Positions 8,124-16,653 of a stretch of DNA of 37,257 bases are shown piece after piece. A program made the position numbers and the translations under genes. Where the stretch lies: sequence record SRR31156797_9628, one strand, 5' to 3'. The notes under the pieces are model-generated. The model was not told where the DNA came from, did no database searches, and saw only the letters and a program-made list of their open reading frames with translations. How positions within the stretch are numbered: the first letter of the stretch is position 1; the number at the start of each line of letters is the position of its first letter.

Positions 8124-8663
8124 GTGAGCAAATCAAACATGACATATCATTCCGAAGAGGACATAATTAAGGGGTGTTTAAAAAACGAGAGGGTAGCTCA
8201 ACAAGCGCTCTACGAGAACTTCAAAACCCGGATGTACACACTCGCCTATCGTATAACCGGAAATTTTGATGATGCCAATGATGTGTTGCAGGAAGGATTC
8301 CTGAGTGTGTTCAGAAACCTTGAAAGTTTTAAAGGTGAATCAAAATTAAGCTCCTGGATTCATACCATTATTGCCCGACTCGCTATCCGTAAAATTAAAG
8401 ACCGGATTTATTTTGAAGATATCGAGAACACTGATACTTCAAGCATCATCAACTGGGGTACTTCCATCGACATCGACCACCTCGAAAAAGCCATCGCTGA
8501 TTTACCGGAGGGCTATCGTACCATTTTCACGCTATTTGAAATTGAAGGGTTTAAACACCGGGAGATTGCTGATATTATGGAGATTAAAGAAAGTACCTCC
8601 AAATCGCAGCTTTTCAAGGCTAAAAAAATACTTCGGAGTAAACTAAATCAATTTGTCGGCTAA
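8124..8663 (+). CDS. RNA polymerase ECF-type sigma-70 factor
   Basis: Region 2 DANDVLQEGFL...F.GES.LSSWIHTI; region 4 LPEGYRTIFTLFEIEGFKHREIA.IM.I.ESTSKSQLFKAKK. 179 aa. Alternative start ATG 8139. Confidence 0.95.
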   Translation: MSKSNMTYHSEEDIIKGCLKNERVAQQALYENFKTRMYTLAYRITGNFDDANDVLQEGFLSVFRNLESFKGESKLSSWIHTIIARLAIRKIKDRIYFEDIENTDTSSIINWGTSIDIDHLEKAIADLPEGYRTIFTLFEIEGFKHREIADIMEIKESTSKSQLFKAKKILRSKLNQFVG

Positions 8664-9337
8664 TGGAAAAAAACCGCAACATATTAAAGGACGCCTTGCG
8701 GCATTTGCCCACTTATACACCGGATGATGAGGTTTGGGATGCACTGCTGGCAAAACTACCCGAAGCAGCATTAACTGAGGGCTTGTCGAAATTGAAGCCT
8801 ATCGATCCGCCTGAGATAACCTGGGATGCTATTTCCAATGAATTGGATAAACAGAAAAAAATCAATCAACTCAAACAGTTTACGCCTGAAGACGATATTT
8901 GGAATAAAATAGATGAAACGCTTAGTGCTGAGGACACAAGAAAACAACCGAGTTTAATTTTAAGGTGGAAATCCTGGTTAGTTGCTGCTGCGGCTGCCAT
9001 ATTTTTGGCCTTCTATTTTATGTTTCCAAAACTTGAAGAATCAAATATCAGCTATTCCGAAGAAATCATACAAATAGGAAAACCCGCTCTTTGGCAGGAA
9101 GATGATACTGAAATCAATGAGCTTTTGAACACCCTTTGTGCTAACAATCCCTTAGCATGCAGCCAGCCGGAATTTAAGGCAAAGCAACAGGAGTTGGATT
9201 ATCTGGATAAAAAGAAGTCGGAGATTTTAGGAAAAATGAATCCCTACGATCAAAATAAGGATTTGCAAATAATGCTCACTAAAATTGAATTGGAAAAAAA
9301 TGAAATTGTAAAACAAATGATCTCAAAGATTATGTAA
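8663..9337 (+). CDS. Putative single-pass membrane anti-sigma factor
   Basis: Coupled to the sigma gene (TAATG overlap). Three N-terminal P...W..(I/L)...L repeats, one TM helix (WLVAAAAAIFLAFYFMF), and a C-terminal helical domain with two Cys. Confidence 0.65.
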   Translation: MEKNRNILKDALRHLPTYTPDDEVWDALLAKLPEAALTEGLSKLKPIDPPEITWDAISNELDKQKKINQLKQFTPEDDIWNKIDETLSAEDTRKQPSLILRWKSWLVAAAAAIFLAFYFMFPKLEESNISYSEEIIQIGKPALWQEDDTEINELLNTLCANNPLACSQPEFKAKQQELDYLDKKKSEILGKMNPYDQNKDLQIMLTKIELEKNEIVKQMISKIM

Positions 9338-9341
9338 GGAG

Positions 9342-10235
9342 ATGAAAAAATCACACAAAAACATCTGGCCGCTTTTGATACTGATGATCACCATTTTTGG
9401 TGGACACTCATACGCTCAAACCAGAGTGCAGGTAGTAACCAAAATATTCAGTGGCGAAGAGAAATGGACTCCCGGAATGAAACTGGAGATCAATGGCGAA
9501 AATGCTTCAATACACTGCGAAACACATCCTGAACAATCCATCCTTTACGAAATAGAAATCATTTCAAAACATACCGAAAAAGAAAAGGCCGAAAATGACC
9601 TGAATAAAATGAAATGGCTTTCGGGAAAGCAAGGCAAAACCTTGTTTATGAGAAACTACATAGAACTTGCTTCCGGCGATGCGAAGCCCGAATCGAACCT
9701 CATAGTTATGTATCATGTTAAAATCCCGGAAGGGTGCCCTTTAACCATCAACAATTACTTTGGGGAAATAAAAGTAGAAAATACCCAGAGCACACTCAGG
9801 ATCAACAGCGAATTTGCTGGTATTGACCTGATAAATACAAACGGCAAGATTGAAGTTGAATCCAATTTTGGGGATATTTCCGGAAGATCAATGCAAGGCA
9901 ATATTGAAGTTACTTCGAATCGTGCTAACATCGATTTTGAAAATGTTTCCGGCACATTAAATATCCTGGCAGTAGTGGCCAGAATAAATCTGAGGGGTTT
10001 AAGTCAAATTAACTCATTAAATATTGAAGTCGAAAGATCGGAGATAACCATTGATGCCGGAAATGAGTTCAGGTATTACCTTGATCTTGAAAACACTGAG
10101 TTGGAAAAACCTGATTGGATGACCTTCGATCCCTCAGGTAAAGCAAAAAATATCCTTAAAGCCAATTTTATAAAATTACCGGATAATCCGCTTATTCAGG
10201 TAAAACAAAACATTGGCACACTTAAAATCAAGTAG
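9342..10235 (+). CDS. Exported beta-strand-repeat protein (DUF4097/adhesin-like)
   Basis: Signal peptide ending SYA-Q; repeated NNYFGEIKV / NSEFAGIDL / ESNFGDIS / TSNRANIDF units. Position after sigma and anti-sigma is typical. Confidence 0.7.
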   Translation: MKKSHKNIWPLLILMITIFGGHSYAQTRVQVVTKIFSGEEKWTPGMKLEINGENASIHCETHPEQSILYEIEIISKHTEKEKAENDLNKMKWLSGKQGKTLFMRNYIELASGDAKPESNLIVMYHVKIPEGCPLTINNYFGEIKVENTQSTLRINSEFAGIDLINTNGKIEVESNFGDISGRSMQGNIEVTSNRANIDFENVSGTLNILAVVARINLRGLSQINSLNIEVERSEITIDAGNEFRYYLDLENTELEKPDWMTFDPSGKAKNILKANFIKLPDNPLIQVKQNIGTLKIK

Positions 10236-10241
10236 CTTGCT

Positions 10242-11525
10242 ATGGAAAAGAAAACAATGATAATAAAAAGCATTACAGTCTTGATTATGTTCGCAGGCTT
10301 ATGTCTTTCGTTGGATAGCCATGCCCAAAGCGATCGTCTGACATATTCCACCGAATCCGGTCAGGACAGTCTGATTTCTTACCTCACCCCCATGGAATAT
10401 GCCTTTATGTTTCATGAAGAAACCAATTGGCTGCTTAAAGTTAATCTACTCGTTGCCACGGAGGTATATACTGGTGTGAATTTGAAATTGAGTTTGGAGA
10501 AAGAAATTGCAACAGGGTTCTCAATCAATGCAATGATCGGTGCTTCCAACCTCTATACTTTTTTAAACAATTCCGATGGTATTCACAACTATCGCCTCGA
10601 AGGGTCCATTGAATCAAGATGGTATTATCAAACAAGAAAAAACATCAGGACAGGCAAAGCGGCTTCAGGCCTGTCGGGTACATACCTGGCTTTGGGAGCC
10701 GGCTATCGTGTGTATATGCAAGAGGATAATTCTGTCGGAAGTTTTGTAAGTCCTGATTACCTCTCTGTATTTGGCAAATGGGGCATTCAGCGCCGTTTTC
10801 TGAAGCATGGCTACATCGACTTTGGTGTTAAAGGCGGATACAATAATGCTATTCCTGATGTGGGCTTATCCTATGGATTTTTAGAAACTTATGTTGATGC
10901 CGGCCTTGCCTTTACCCACGATAAGCAAAAACTCGACTACGCGAAACTATGCCCGGTGCTTAAATGTCAGGCAGCCGACAAGTTTTTGCTAAAAACCAAC
11001 CTTGTGGATGTTGTGAGCCTTGCCACGATCAGAAAAACGCTGATTAGCTCAGTTTCTCCAAATATCGCAGCAGAATTTAAGCTTGGAACATCTCCATTTT
11101 CCATCAATACACAATTGGGCAGCAGGGTAGAGTATGTTTTCTCAACAGGTTACGATTACAGTGCTTATATTTTTTCACCTGAAGTATTGCTTGAAGGCCG
11201 CTATTATTACAATCTCAACAGGCGCATTTTGACGGGAAAAACCGGGAATGGTTTATCGGCAAATTATGTTTCGCTGGGAGCCATATATCAGGGCGAATAC
11301 CAGATTTTAAAATCGAATGGTTACCGCTCGGATGTATCGAAATCTTTTGGCGGGATTCTTCTCGGCACGGGGATTCAGCGCGTCATTGCTGATCACCTTT
11401 ATTATGATATAAACATCGGACTGGGCTATGGAACCGAATTTGAATACAATGGATTAGAAGGAACAAAAAAATGGGACCACAAGTCAATATTTAACCTTGG
11501 TATTGCAATTGGGTACCGGTTTTAG
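10242..11525 (+). CDS. Outer-membrane beta-barrel protein with two tandem homologous (DUF3575-like) halves
   Basis: Signal peptide SHA-Q; C-terminal LGIAIGYRF beta-signal. Internal duplication: LLKVNL..ESRWYY..GLSGTYLAL..WGIQRR..YIDF versus LLKTNL..EGRYYY..GLSANYVSL..TGIQRV..YYDI. Confidence 0.7.
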   Translation: MEKKTMIIKSITVLIMFAGLCLSLDSHAQSDRLTYSTESGQDSLISYLTPMEYAFMFHEETNWLLKVNLLVATEVYTGVNLKLSLEKEIATGFSINAMIGASNLYTFLNNSDGIHNYRLEGSIESRWYYQTRKNIRTGKAASGLSGTYLALGAGYRVYMQEDNSVGSFVSPDYLSVFGKWGIQRRFLKHGYIDFGVKGGYNNAIPDVGLSYGFLETYVDAGLAFTHDKQKLDYAKLCPVLKCQAADKFLLKTNLVDVVSLATIRKTLISSVSPNIAAEFKLGTSPFSINTQLGSRVEYVFSTGYDYSAYIFSPEVLLEGRYYYNLNRRILTGKTGNGLSANYVSLGAIYQGEYQILKSNGYRSDVSKSFGGILLGTGIQRVIADHLYYDINIGLGYGTEFEYNGLEGTKKWDHKSIFNLGIAIGYRF

Positions 11526-12448
11526 TGTTTCTTTTGGAGATTTGAAACCAACTCCTTAACTGCATCTTTGGCGGATTTTGGCACATACCCAAAGCGTTTC
11601 TGAAATTTGTCGCTGTTAAAAAAATAATCGCGGTCGTTTTGATAGGCCATTTCCCTGAACTCTTTCATGATGGGGATAAACAATCCGAGCACACCCATCA
11701 TCCAGATCGGTAACACTCTGTATTTGGGTTTTACCTGCATTTCCTGAGCAAACAGCTCTACCCATTGTTTCATGGTCAGCTTTTCATTGATCGATGGAAG
11801 GTGCCAAACCTGGTTGTAGGCATCGGGCGTGTTACCCAGGATGGAGACCGCGTCTGCTGCATCGGACACCCATATATAATTATGAATCTTATCCGCTGAA
11901 GCCAGGATATCGGCAGGTTTTCCTTTTTTGAGATTCTTGTAGATGGTTTCAACAGGCACCGAATTTTTTTTGGCCAGAAAGTCTGGTGCGCGGGTTATCA
12001 TTGCGGTCAGCTCTTTTGCTTCCACATTTTCCATGATCATATCGGCCACCTGCTTTCTGATTTCGCCTTTTACACTTGTTGGCCGGATCGGTGTTTCCTC
12101 AGTCATGTTATCGAGATGATCACAATCGTACATGTATACATTGTCAAAAAATACCAGTTTGGCTTTGTGTTTTTTGCACCCATCAATTACCGATTTAATG
12201 AACGGTACCCAGTTTTGCTTCCATACTTTTCTGTTGTATTCAAAACCAATGGTCACATATACAATTTCCGATCCTTCGATGGCGTGATCCACTTCCACAG
12301 GGTTCCTTAAGTCTGCTCTGTGCAACTGGTCGGTATCATTTACCTTTTTGGGATTACGGGCAACCAGCCTGATATCTGTGGTGTATTTTGTTAACGCTTT
12401 GGCGAGTTCTTCACCGATTGATCCCCCTGAGCCTAAAATCGTTTGCAT
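11522..12448 (-). CDS. NAD(P)-dependent epimerase/dehydratase family (atypical SDR) protein
   Basis: N-terminal Rossmann motif TILGSGGSIG; LVFFDNVYMY..TEETP..P.S.KG.IR pattern. Confidence 0.85.
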   Translation of the reverse strand: MQTILGSGGSIGEELAKALTKYTTDIRLVARNPKKVNDTDQLHRADLRNPVEVDHAIEGSEIVYVTIGFEYNRKVWKQNWVPFIKSVIDGCKKHKAKLVFFDNVYMYDCDHLDNMTEETPIRPTSVKGEIRKQVADMIMENVEAKELTAMITRAPDFLAKKNSVPVETIYKNLKKGKPADILASADKIHNYIWVSDAADAVSILGNTPDAYNQVWHLPSINEKLTMKQWVELFAQEMQVKPKYRVLPIWMMGVLGLFIPIMKEFREMAYQNDRDYFFNSDKFQKRFGYVPKSAKDAVKELVSNLQKKH

Positions 12449-12613
12449 AATTCTAATCTTTACTGATTTCTTGATAAAATAACAATGAAATCACAGCCTG
12501 CATATTTTATATTAGATAAAAACTGTAAGGCCGGATTGATATAAAATCCTTTGAAATGCCCGATAAGTCGGGATATTCAATCCAATTAATTTATGTTAAA
12601 AACCCAACGCTCT

Positions 12614-12644
12614 TTTGCCGGATCGGACAATCTTCTTATTTTTA
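12614..12644 (+). promoter_or_regulatory. Putative primary-sigma promoter of the liu cluster (TTTG-N19-TATTTTTA)
   Basis: tttg at 12614-12617, 19-nt spacer, tattttta at 12637-12644 (one mismatch to TAnnTTTG). Confidence 0.5.
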
Positions 12645-12702
12645 CCCTTCTCAGAAAATTGATCAACAATACATTTTACCAAATATCCAAAATACTTGAA
12701 CA

Positions 12703-14310
12703 TTGTATAGAATCGAAAGCAAAATCGACCCGCATTCCCCGGAGTTTATTCAAAACAAAAACAATTTCCTGGACCTGATGAAGACTTACCGCGGACGGCT
12801 GCGGCAGGTACGAAAAGGGGGCTCGCCTTCATCCGTTGAACGGCATAAGAAACGTGGTAAACTTCTGGCTCGCGAAAGAATAGACCTTTTGATAGACCAG
12901 AATACGCCTTTCCTGGAATTGTCAACACTGGCTGCCTGGGGAACACACGATGATCAATTCCCGTCTGCAGGAATAGTTACCGGTATCGGGATCGTTCATG
13001 GTCGCGAAACAATGATTGTAGCAAACGATGCCACTGTTAAAGGCGGAACCTATGTGGCCGAAACCATCAAAAAGCATGTACGGGCACAACAGATCGCTAT
13101 CGAAAATCACCTGCCTTGTGTGTATATGGTTGATTCGGGTGGGATTTTCCTGCCGGAACAGTCCAAAGTATTTGCTGATCGTTTCGACTTTGGCAGGTTT
13201 TTTTATAATCAGTCTCAGCTTTCAGCAATGGGCGTTCCACAAATTGCCATTGTGATGGGGTCGTGTACGGCAGGTGGGGCATATGTTCCTGCTATGAGTG
13301 ATGAAACTATCATTGTTAAAAAACAGGGGACCATTTTTATTGGAGGCCCTCCTTTGGTTAAAGCAGCAACAGGTGTTGAAGTTTCGGCCGAAGAGCTGGG
13401 TGGTGCCGATGTGCACACTTCCATTTCAGGAGTTGCAGATCATTATGCTGAAAACGATCGTCATGCGATTCAGATATGCAGAAATATTTTCCAAAATCTT
13501 GAATATAAACAGAAGCAAATACTGGACATTTCACCAATAGAGGAGCCGTATTACGATCCGGAAGAGCTTTACGGCATTGCACCCACAGACCTGCGTAAAC
13601 CTGTCGACTCAAAAGAGATTATCGCCAGGATGGTCGATGGAAGCCGGTTCCATGAGTTCAAAGCACGATATGCACCGACACTGGTCACCGGTTTTGCCAA
13701 CATCATGGGATATCCCATCGGCATCATTGCGAATAATGGTGTTTTGTTTTCTGAATCTTCATTGAAAGGAGCGCACTTTATCGAGCTCTGTGCGATTAGG
13801 AAAATTCCAATTTTATACCTGCAAAATATAACCGGTTTCATTGTTGGGAAGGAATATGAGCGTGGCGGCATTGCCCGCGATGGAGCCAAGTTTGTGCATG
13901 CCACCGCCAATGCTGCTGTACCCAAATTCTCTGTGGTTTTTGGTGGTTCTTTTGGTGCAGGGAATTATGCCATGGCCGGCCGGGCCTACGATCCAAGGTT
14001 GTTGTTCATGTGGCCCAATTCAAAAATATCAGTAATGGGAGGAGAGCAGGCTTCCAATGTTTTGATCCAGGTAAAAGAAGATCAACTCAGAGCCAAAGGC
14101 GAGGAACTGGATGATAAGGTCAGGGAGTCGATGCGGGAGAAAATCCTCAAAAAATATGAAGAAGAAGGCTCAGCCTATTATTCTACTGCCCGAATCTGGG
14201 ATGATGGAATAATCGACCCTGTGGATACCCGGAAAGTACTGGCAATGGGCATTGCGGCGTCACTTAATAAAAAGTTTGAAGACAGTAAGTTTGGCGTGTA
14301 CAGGATGTAA
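12703..14310 (+). CDS. liuB: 3-methylcrotonyl-CoA carboxylase, carboxyltransferase (beta) subunit
   Basis: ANDATVKGGTY, DSGG.FLP.Q, GSCTAGGAYVPAM, LQNITGFIVG, GGSFGAGNYAM.GRAY.PR, ARIWDDGIIDP, FGVYRM. TTG start; pathway context agrees. Confidence 0.92.
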   Translation: MYRIESKIDPHSPEFIQNKNNFLDLMKTYRGRLRQVRKGGSPSSVERHKKRGKLLARERIDLLIDQNTPFLELSTLAAWGTHDDQFPSAGIVTGIGIVHGRETMIVANDATVKGGTYVAETIKKHVRAQQIAIENHLPCVYMVDSGGIFLPEQSKVFADRFDFGRFFYNQSQLSAMGVPQIAIVMGSCTAGGAYVPAMSDETIIVKKQGTIFIGGPPLVKAATGVEVSAEELGGADVHTSISGVADHYAENDRHAIQICRNIFQNLEYKQKQILDISPIEEPYYDPEELYGIAPTDLRKPVDSKEIIARMVDGSRFHEFKARYAPTLVTGFANIMGYPIGIIANNGVLFSESSLKGAHFIELCAIRKIPILYLQNITGFIVGKEYERGGIARDGAKFVHATANAAVPKFSVVFGGSFGAGNYAMAGRAYDPRLLFMWPNSKISVMGGEQASNVLIQVKEDQLRAKGEELDDKVRESMREKILKKYEEEGSAYYSTARIWDDGIIDPVDTRKVLAMGIAASLNKKFEDSKFGVYRM

Positions 14311-14367
14311 GGAGTTGTGAGTTCACCACGCCGAAGGCGGTTTTTGAGTCGTGAGTTGAGAAGTTAG
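14311..14367 (+). repeat. Short heptamer-like repeats (tgagttg variants) around a cgcc-gaa-ggcg hairpin followed by a T run
   Basis: ggagttgtgagtt...cgccgaaggcg (14329-14339) gtttttgagtcgtgagttgagaagtta, directly after the liuB stop codon. Confidence 0.55.
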
Positions 14368-14401
14368 TGTTACATGTTTCGAAAGGTTTTAGCAGATTAA
14401 T

Positions 14402-15484
14402 ATGAGGCTATTGAGGATAATTGGTATGGTTTTGATAACTTTTGGAGGATTACTATTCTCAGCCTTTTCTATTGCTCAAACATCCCCTGATTTAGAAACC
14501 TGGATTTTTCAAAGGGTTCAGGAACCCAACGAAAATGCTTTTAGTTTACGCATTCCTAAAGATTGGCGAACCGATGGAGGTATTTACCGGATCGATCCAA
14601 CTACAGGTGGCGGATCAGGCAATGCCATCGATGCCAAAGTCGATTTTTCAATCATGAGTGATGAATCCGGGGAAGTGATGATTCGTTTCCTGCCTGACAT
14701 GTACTATTTTGATATGCGCTACTCTCCAGCAGGGCAGATGGGCATGTATCCACCCGGAAGCAATTACAACGGCATGTTGGTTTCGCCGTTTCAGAATGCC
14801 GGAAGTTTTGTTCAGAATATTGTGATTCCTTATGTGCATCCAAACCTCGCTACCTATGATGTGATTGACTCCCGAAATTCACCAGAACTGATTGACTATA
14901 CCAGGAAAGAGGATGCCTACACTGGAATTCCATTCATATATGATGCCGGCGTGGTTGAGATTTCTTATGAAGAAAACGGAATCAATTATCATGAAGCCAT
15001 CATTGCGGTAACACAGGATTTTGGACAGGTAGGTGCCGGGTTATGGAAGAACAGGCACACATTTTTTGTTCGTGCACCTGAGCGGGATTTCGATAGCTGG
15101 GCGCCCATTTTTGGTGTGATCATAAATTCCTTGAACATAAATATGAACTGGTTCATTGGTGAAATTCGTGGACAGGTAGAACGGGGCCAGATCAGTGCTG
15201 AGGTTTTGAGGAGGTTGCAACAAATGGATTCTGAAATCACCAATCATCAGGCCCAAACCAATGCACAGATCAATAATGACATGTTTCTCAACCTGACCGG
15301 ACAGGAGGAATATGTGAATCCTTATTCTAACAAAATTGAAACGGGAACCAACGCATGGAATTACCGCTGGATCAATCAGGACGATGAAGTGATTTATACC
15401 GATGACATAAACTACAATCCCAACCAGGATCAAATCCTGAGCAGGGATGATTACAAATTAACGCCTGTTAAAAACAAAAAATAG
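14402..15484 (+). CDS. Hypothetical exported protein
   Basis: 360-aa ORF; signal peptide ending SIA-Q; a Q/N-rich helical segment followed by a YVNPY...W..RW...IYTDD..YNPN C-terminal motif. No family recognised. Confidence 0.75.
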   Translation: MRLLRIIGMVLITFGGLLFSAFSIAQTSPDLETWIFQRVQEPNENAFSLRIPKDWRTDGGIYRIDPTTGGGSGNAIDAKVDFSIMSDESGEVMIRFLPDMYYFDMRYSPAGQMGMYPPGSNYNGMLVSPFQNAGSFVQNIVIPYVHPNLATYDVIDSRNSPELIDYTRKEDAYTGIPFIYDAGVVEISYEENGINYHEAIIAVTQDFGQVGAGLWKNRHTFFVRAPERDFDSWAPIFGVIINSLNINMNWFIGEIRGQVERGQISAEVLRRLQQMDSEITNHQAQTNAQINNDMFLNLTGQEEYVNPYSNKIETGTNAWNYRWINQDDEVIYTDDINYNPNQDQILSRDDYKLTPVKNKK

Positions 15485-15526
15485 GGCGCCACAAAATTTT
15501 TTAATTAATAAACTTAAATACTGCTA

Positions 15527-16630
15527 ATGACTACTAAAAATTCACAATCCATATCGAAATCTGAAAAACGATTTTACGCTAACAAAATGAATGCTTTCTT
15601 ATCTCGTACAGACGCACGGCAGTGCGTCTCTGCCATTCTTATTGCAATCTTTTTTTTGATTCAATTACAACCCTTGATGGCCCAGGACACTTTCTCCATC
15701 ATTGCCGTGGATACGGTGACCGGCGAAATTGGCGGTGCGGGAGCTTCATGTATCGATGAAAATGCAATACCTACAGGGGTTTTGATTATCAACGATATTT
15801 TACCTGGTACTGGTGGAATTCATACGCAGTCCTACTGGCTTGCTGCGAACCAGCAAAATGCCCGTCAAAAGATGGAAGAAGGGCTTTCACCCCAGGAGAT
15901 CATCGACTGGTTGGTGGAAAATGATGTGCAGAATAATCCGGGAATCCGGCAATACGGTATTGTGGATACTGACGAGGATGGGCACCCTCGAAGTGCTGCC
16001 TTTACCGGAAACAATTGCTTTGACTATAAAGATCACATCACCGGGCCCAATTATGCTATCCAGGGAAATATTTTACTGGGACAGCAGATTCTTGATTCCA
16101 TCGAAGCCCGCTTTCTGAATACCGAAGGTTCGCTGGCCGAAAAACTAATGGCTGCCCTGCAGGGAGCCAATGTTCCTGGCGCCGATACCCGCTGCCTGAA
16201 TGAGGGGACCTCGTCACTCTCTGCTTTTGTGCGTGTTGCCAAAGCCGATGCTTTTCCGGGTGACTGGTGGTGCGATCTGCTGGTGCCATCCACACCCTAT
16301 GGTGTTGAACCAATCGATTCGTTGCAGGTATTGTTTGATAACTGGCTCATCTGGACCGGAACCGAAGACGAACCTTTTGTGCAGCCAAATCGTGCAACCG
16401 TTTATCCCAATCCGGGAAATCAAAGCATTACGCTTTCCATTGGAAAAATTTCTGGCGTTAAAGACCTGAGTGTGCAGATTTTTAATATGCAGGGAAGTTT
16501 AATTCAATCGGTTAAATTAAATGGTAAGTCTGTCGAAATAGATTGTTCTGGTTACAGGAGCGGAATGTATTTGTTTAAATTGATAGGGGATGGTCTGCCA
16601 CTGGATGCCGGAAAAATAAACATTGAATAG
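15527..16630 (+). CDS. DUF1028-family Ntn-hydrolase-like protein with T9SS type A sorting domain
   Basis: TFSIIAVD..TGEIG, RQYGIVD, AAFTG..C, AIQGNIL.G and LAEKLMAALQ are DUF1028 hallmarks. CTD VYPNP...IFNMQG...SGMYLFKL...KINIE. Start uncertain (15527 or 15587). Confidence 0.85.
   Translation: MTTKNSQSISKSEKRFYANKMNAFLSRTDARQCVSAILIAIFFLIQLQPLMAQDTFSIIAVDTVTGEIGGAGASCIDENAIPTGVLIINDILPGTGGIHTQSYWLAANQQNARQKMEEGLSPQEIIDWLVENDVQNNPGIRQYGIVDTDEDGHPRSAAFTGNNCFDYKDHITGPNYAIQGNILLGQQILDSIEARFLNTEGSLAEKLMAALQGANVPGADTRCLNEGTSSLSAFVRVAKADAFPGDWWCDLLVPSTPYGVEPIDSLQVLFDNWLIWTGTEDEPFVQPNRATVYPNPGNQSITLSIGKISGVKDLSVQIFNMQGSLIQSVKLNGKSVEIDCSGYRSGMYLFKLIGDGLPLDAGKINIE
15606..15633. repeat. REP-like palindrome inside the coding sequence
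   Basis: gtac-agacgcac-ggca-gtgcgtct-ctgc; shares the gcacggc(c/a)gtgc core with the repeats at 17484-17609. Confidence 0.6.
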
Positions 16631-16653
16631 AATCTTTCGCTAAACATATTTTC

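Noticed and set aside
12559-12572. cccga-taag-tcggg hairpin upstream of the liu promoter as an operator
   Set aside because: Only a 5-bp stem seen once in the window; cannot be distinguished from chance or a stray REP.
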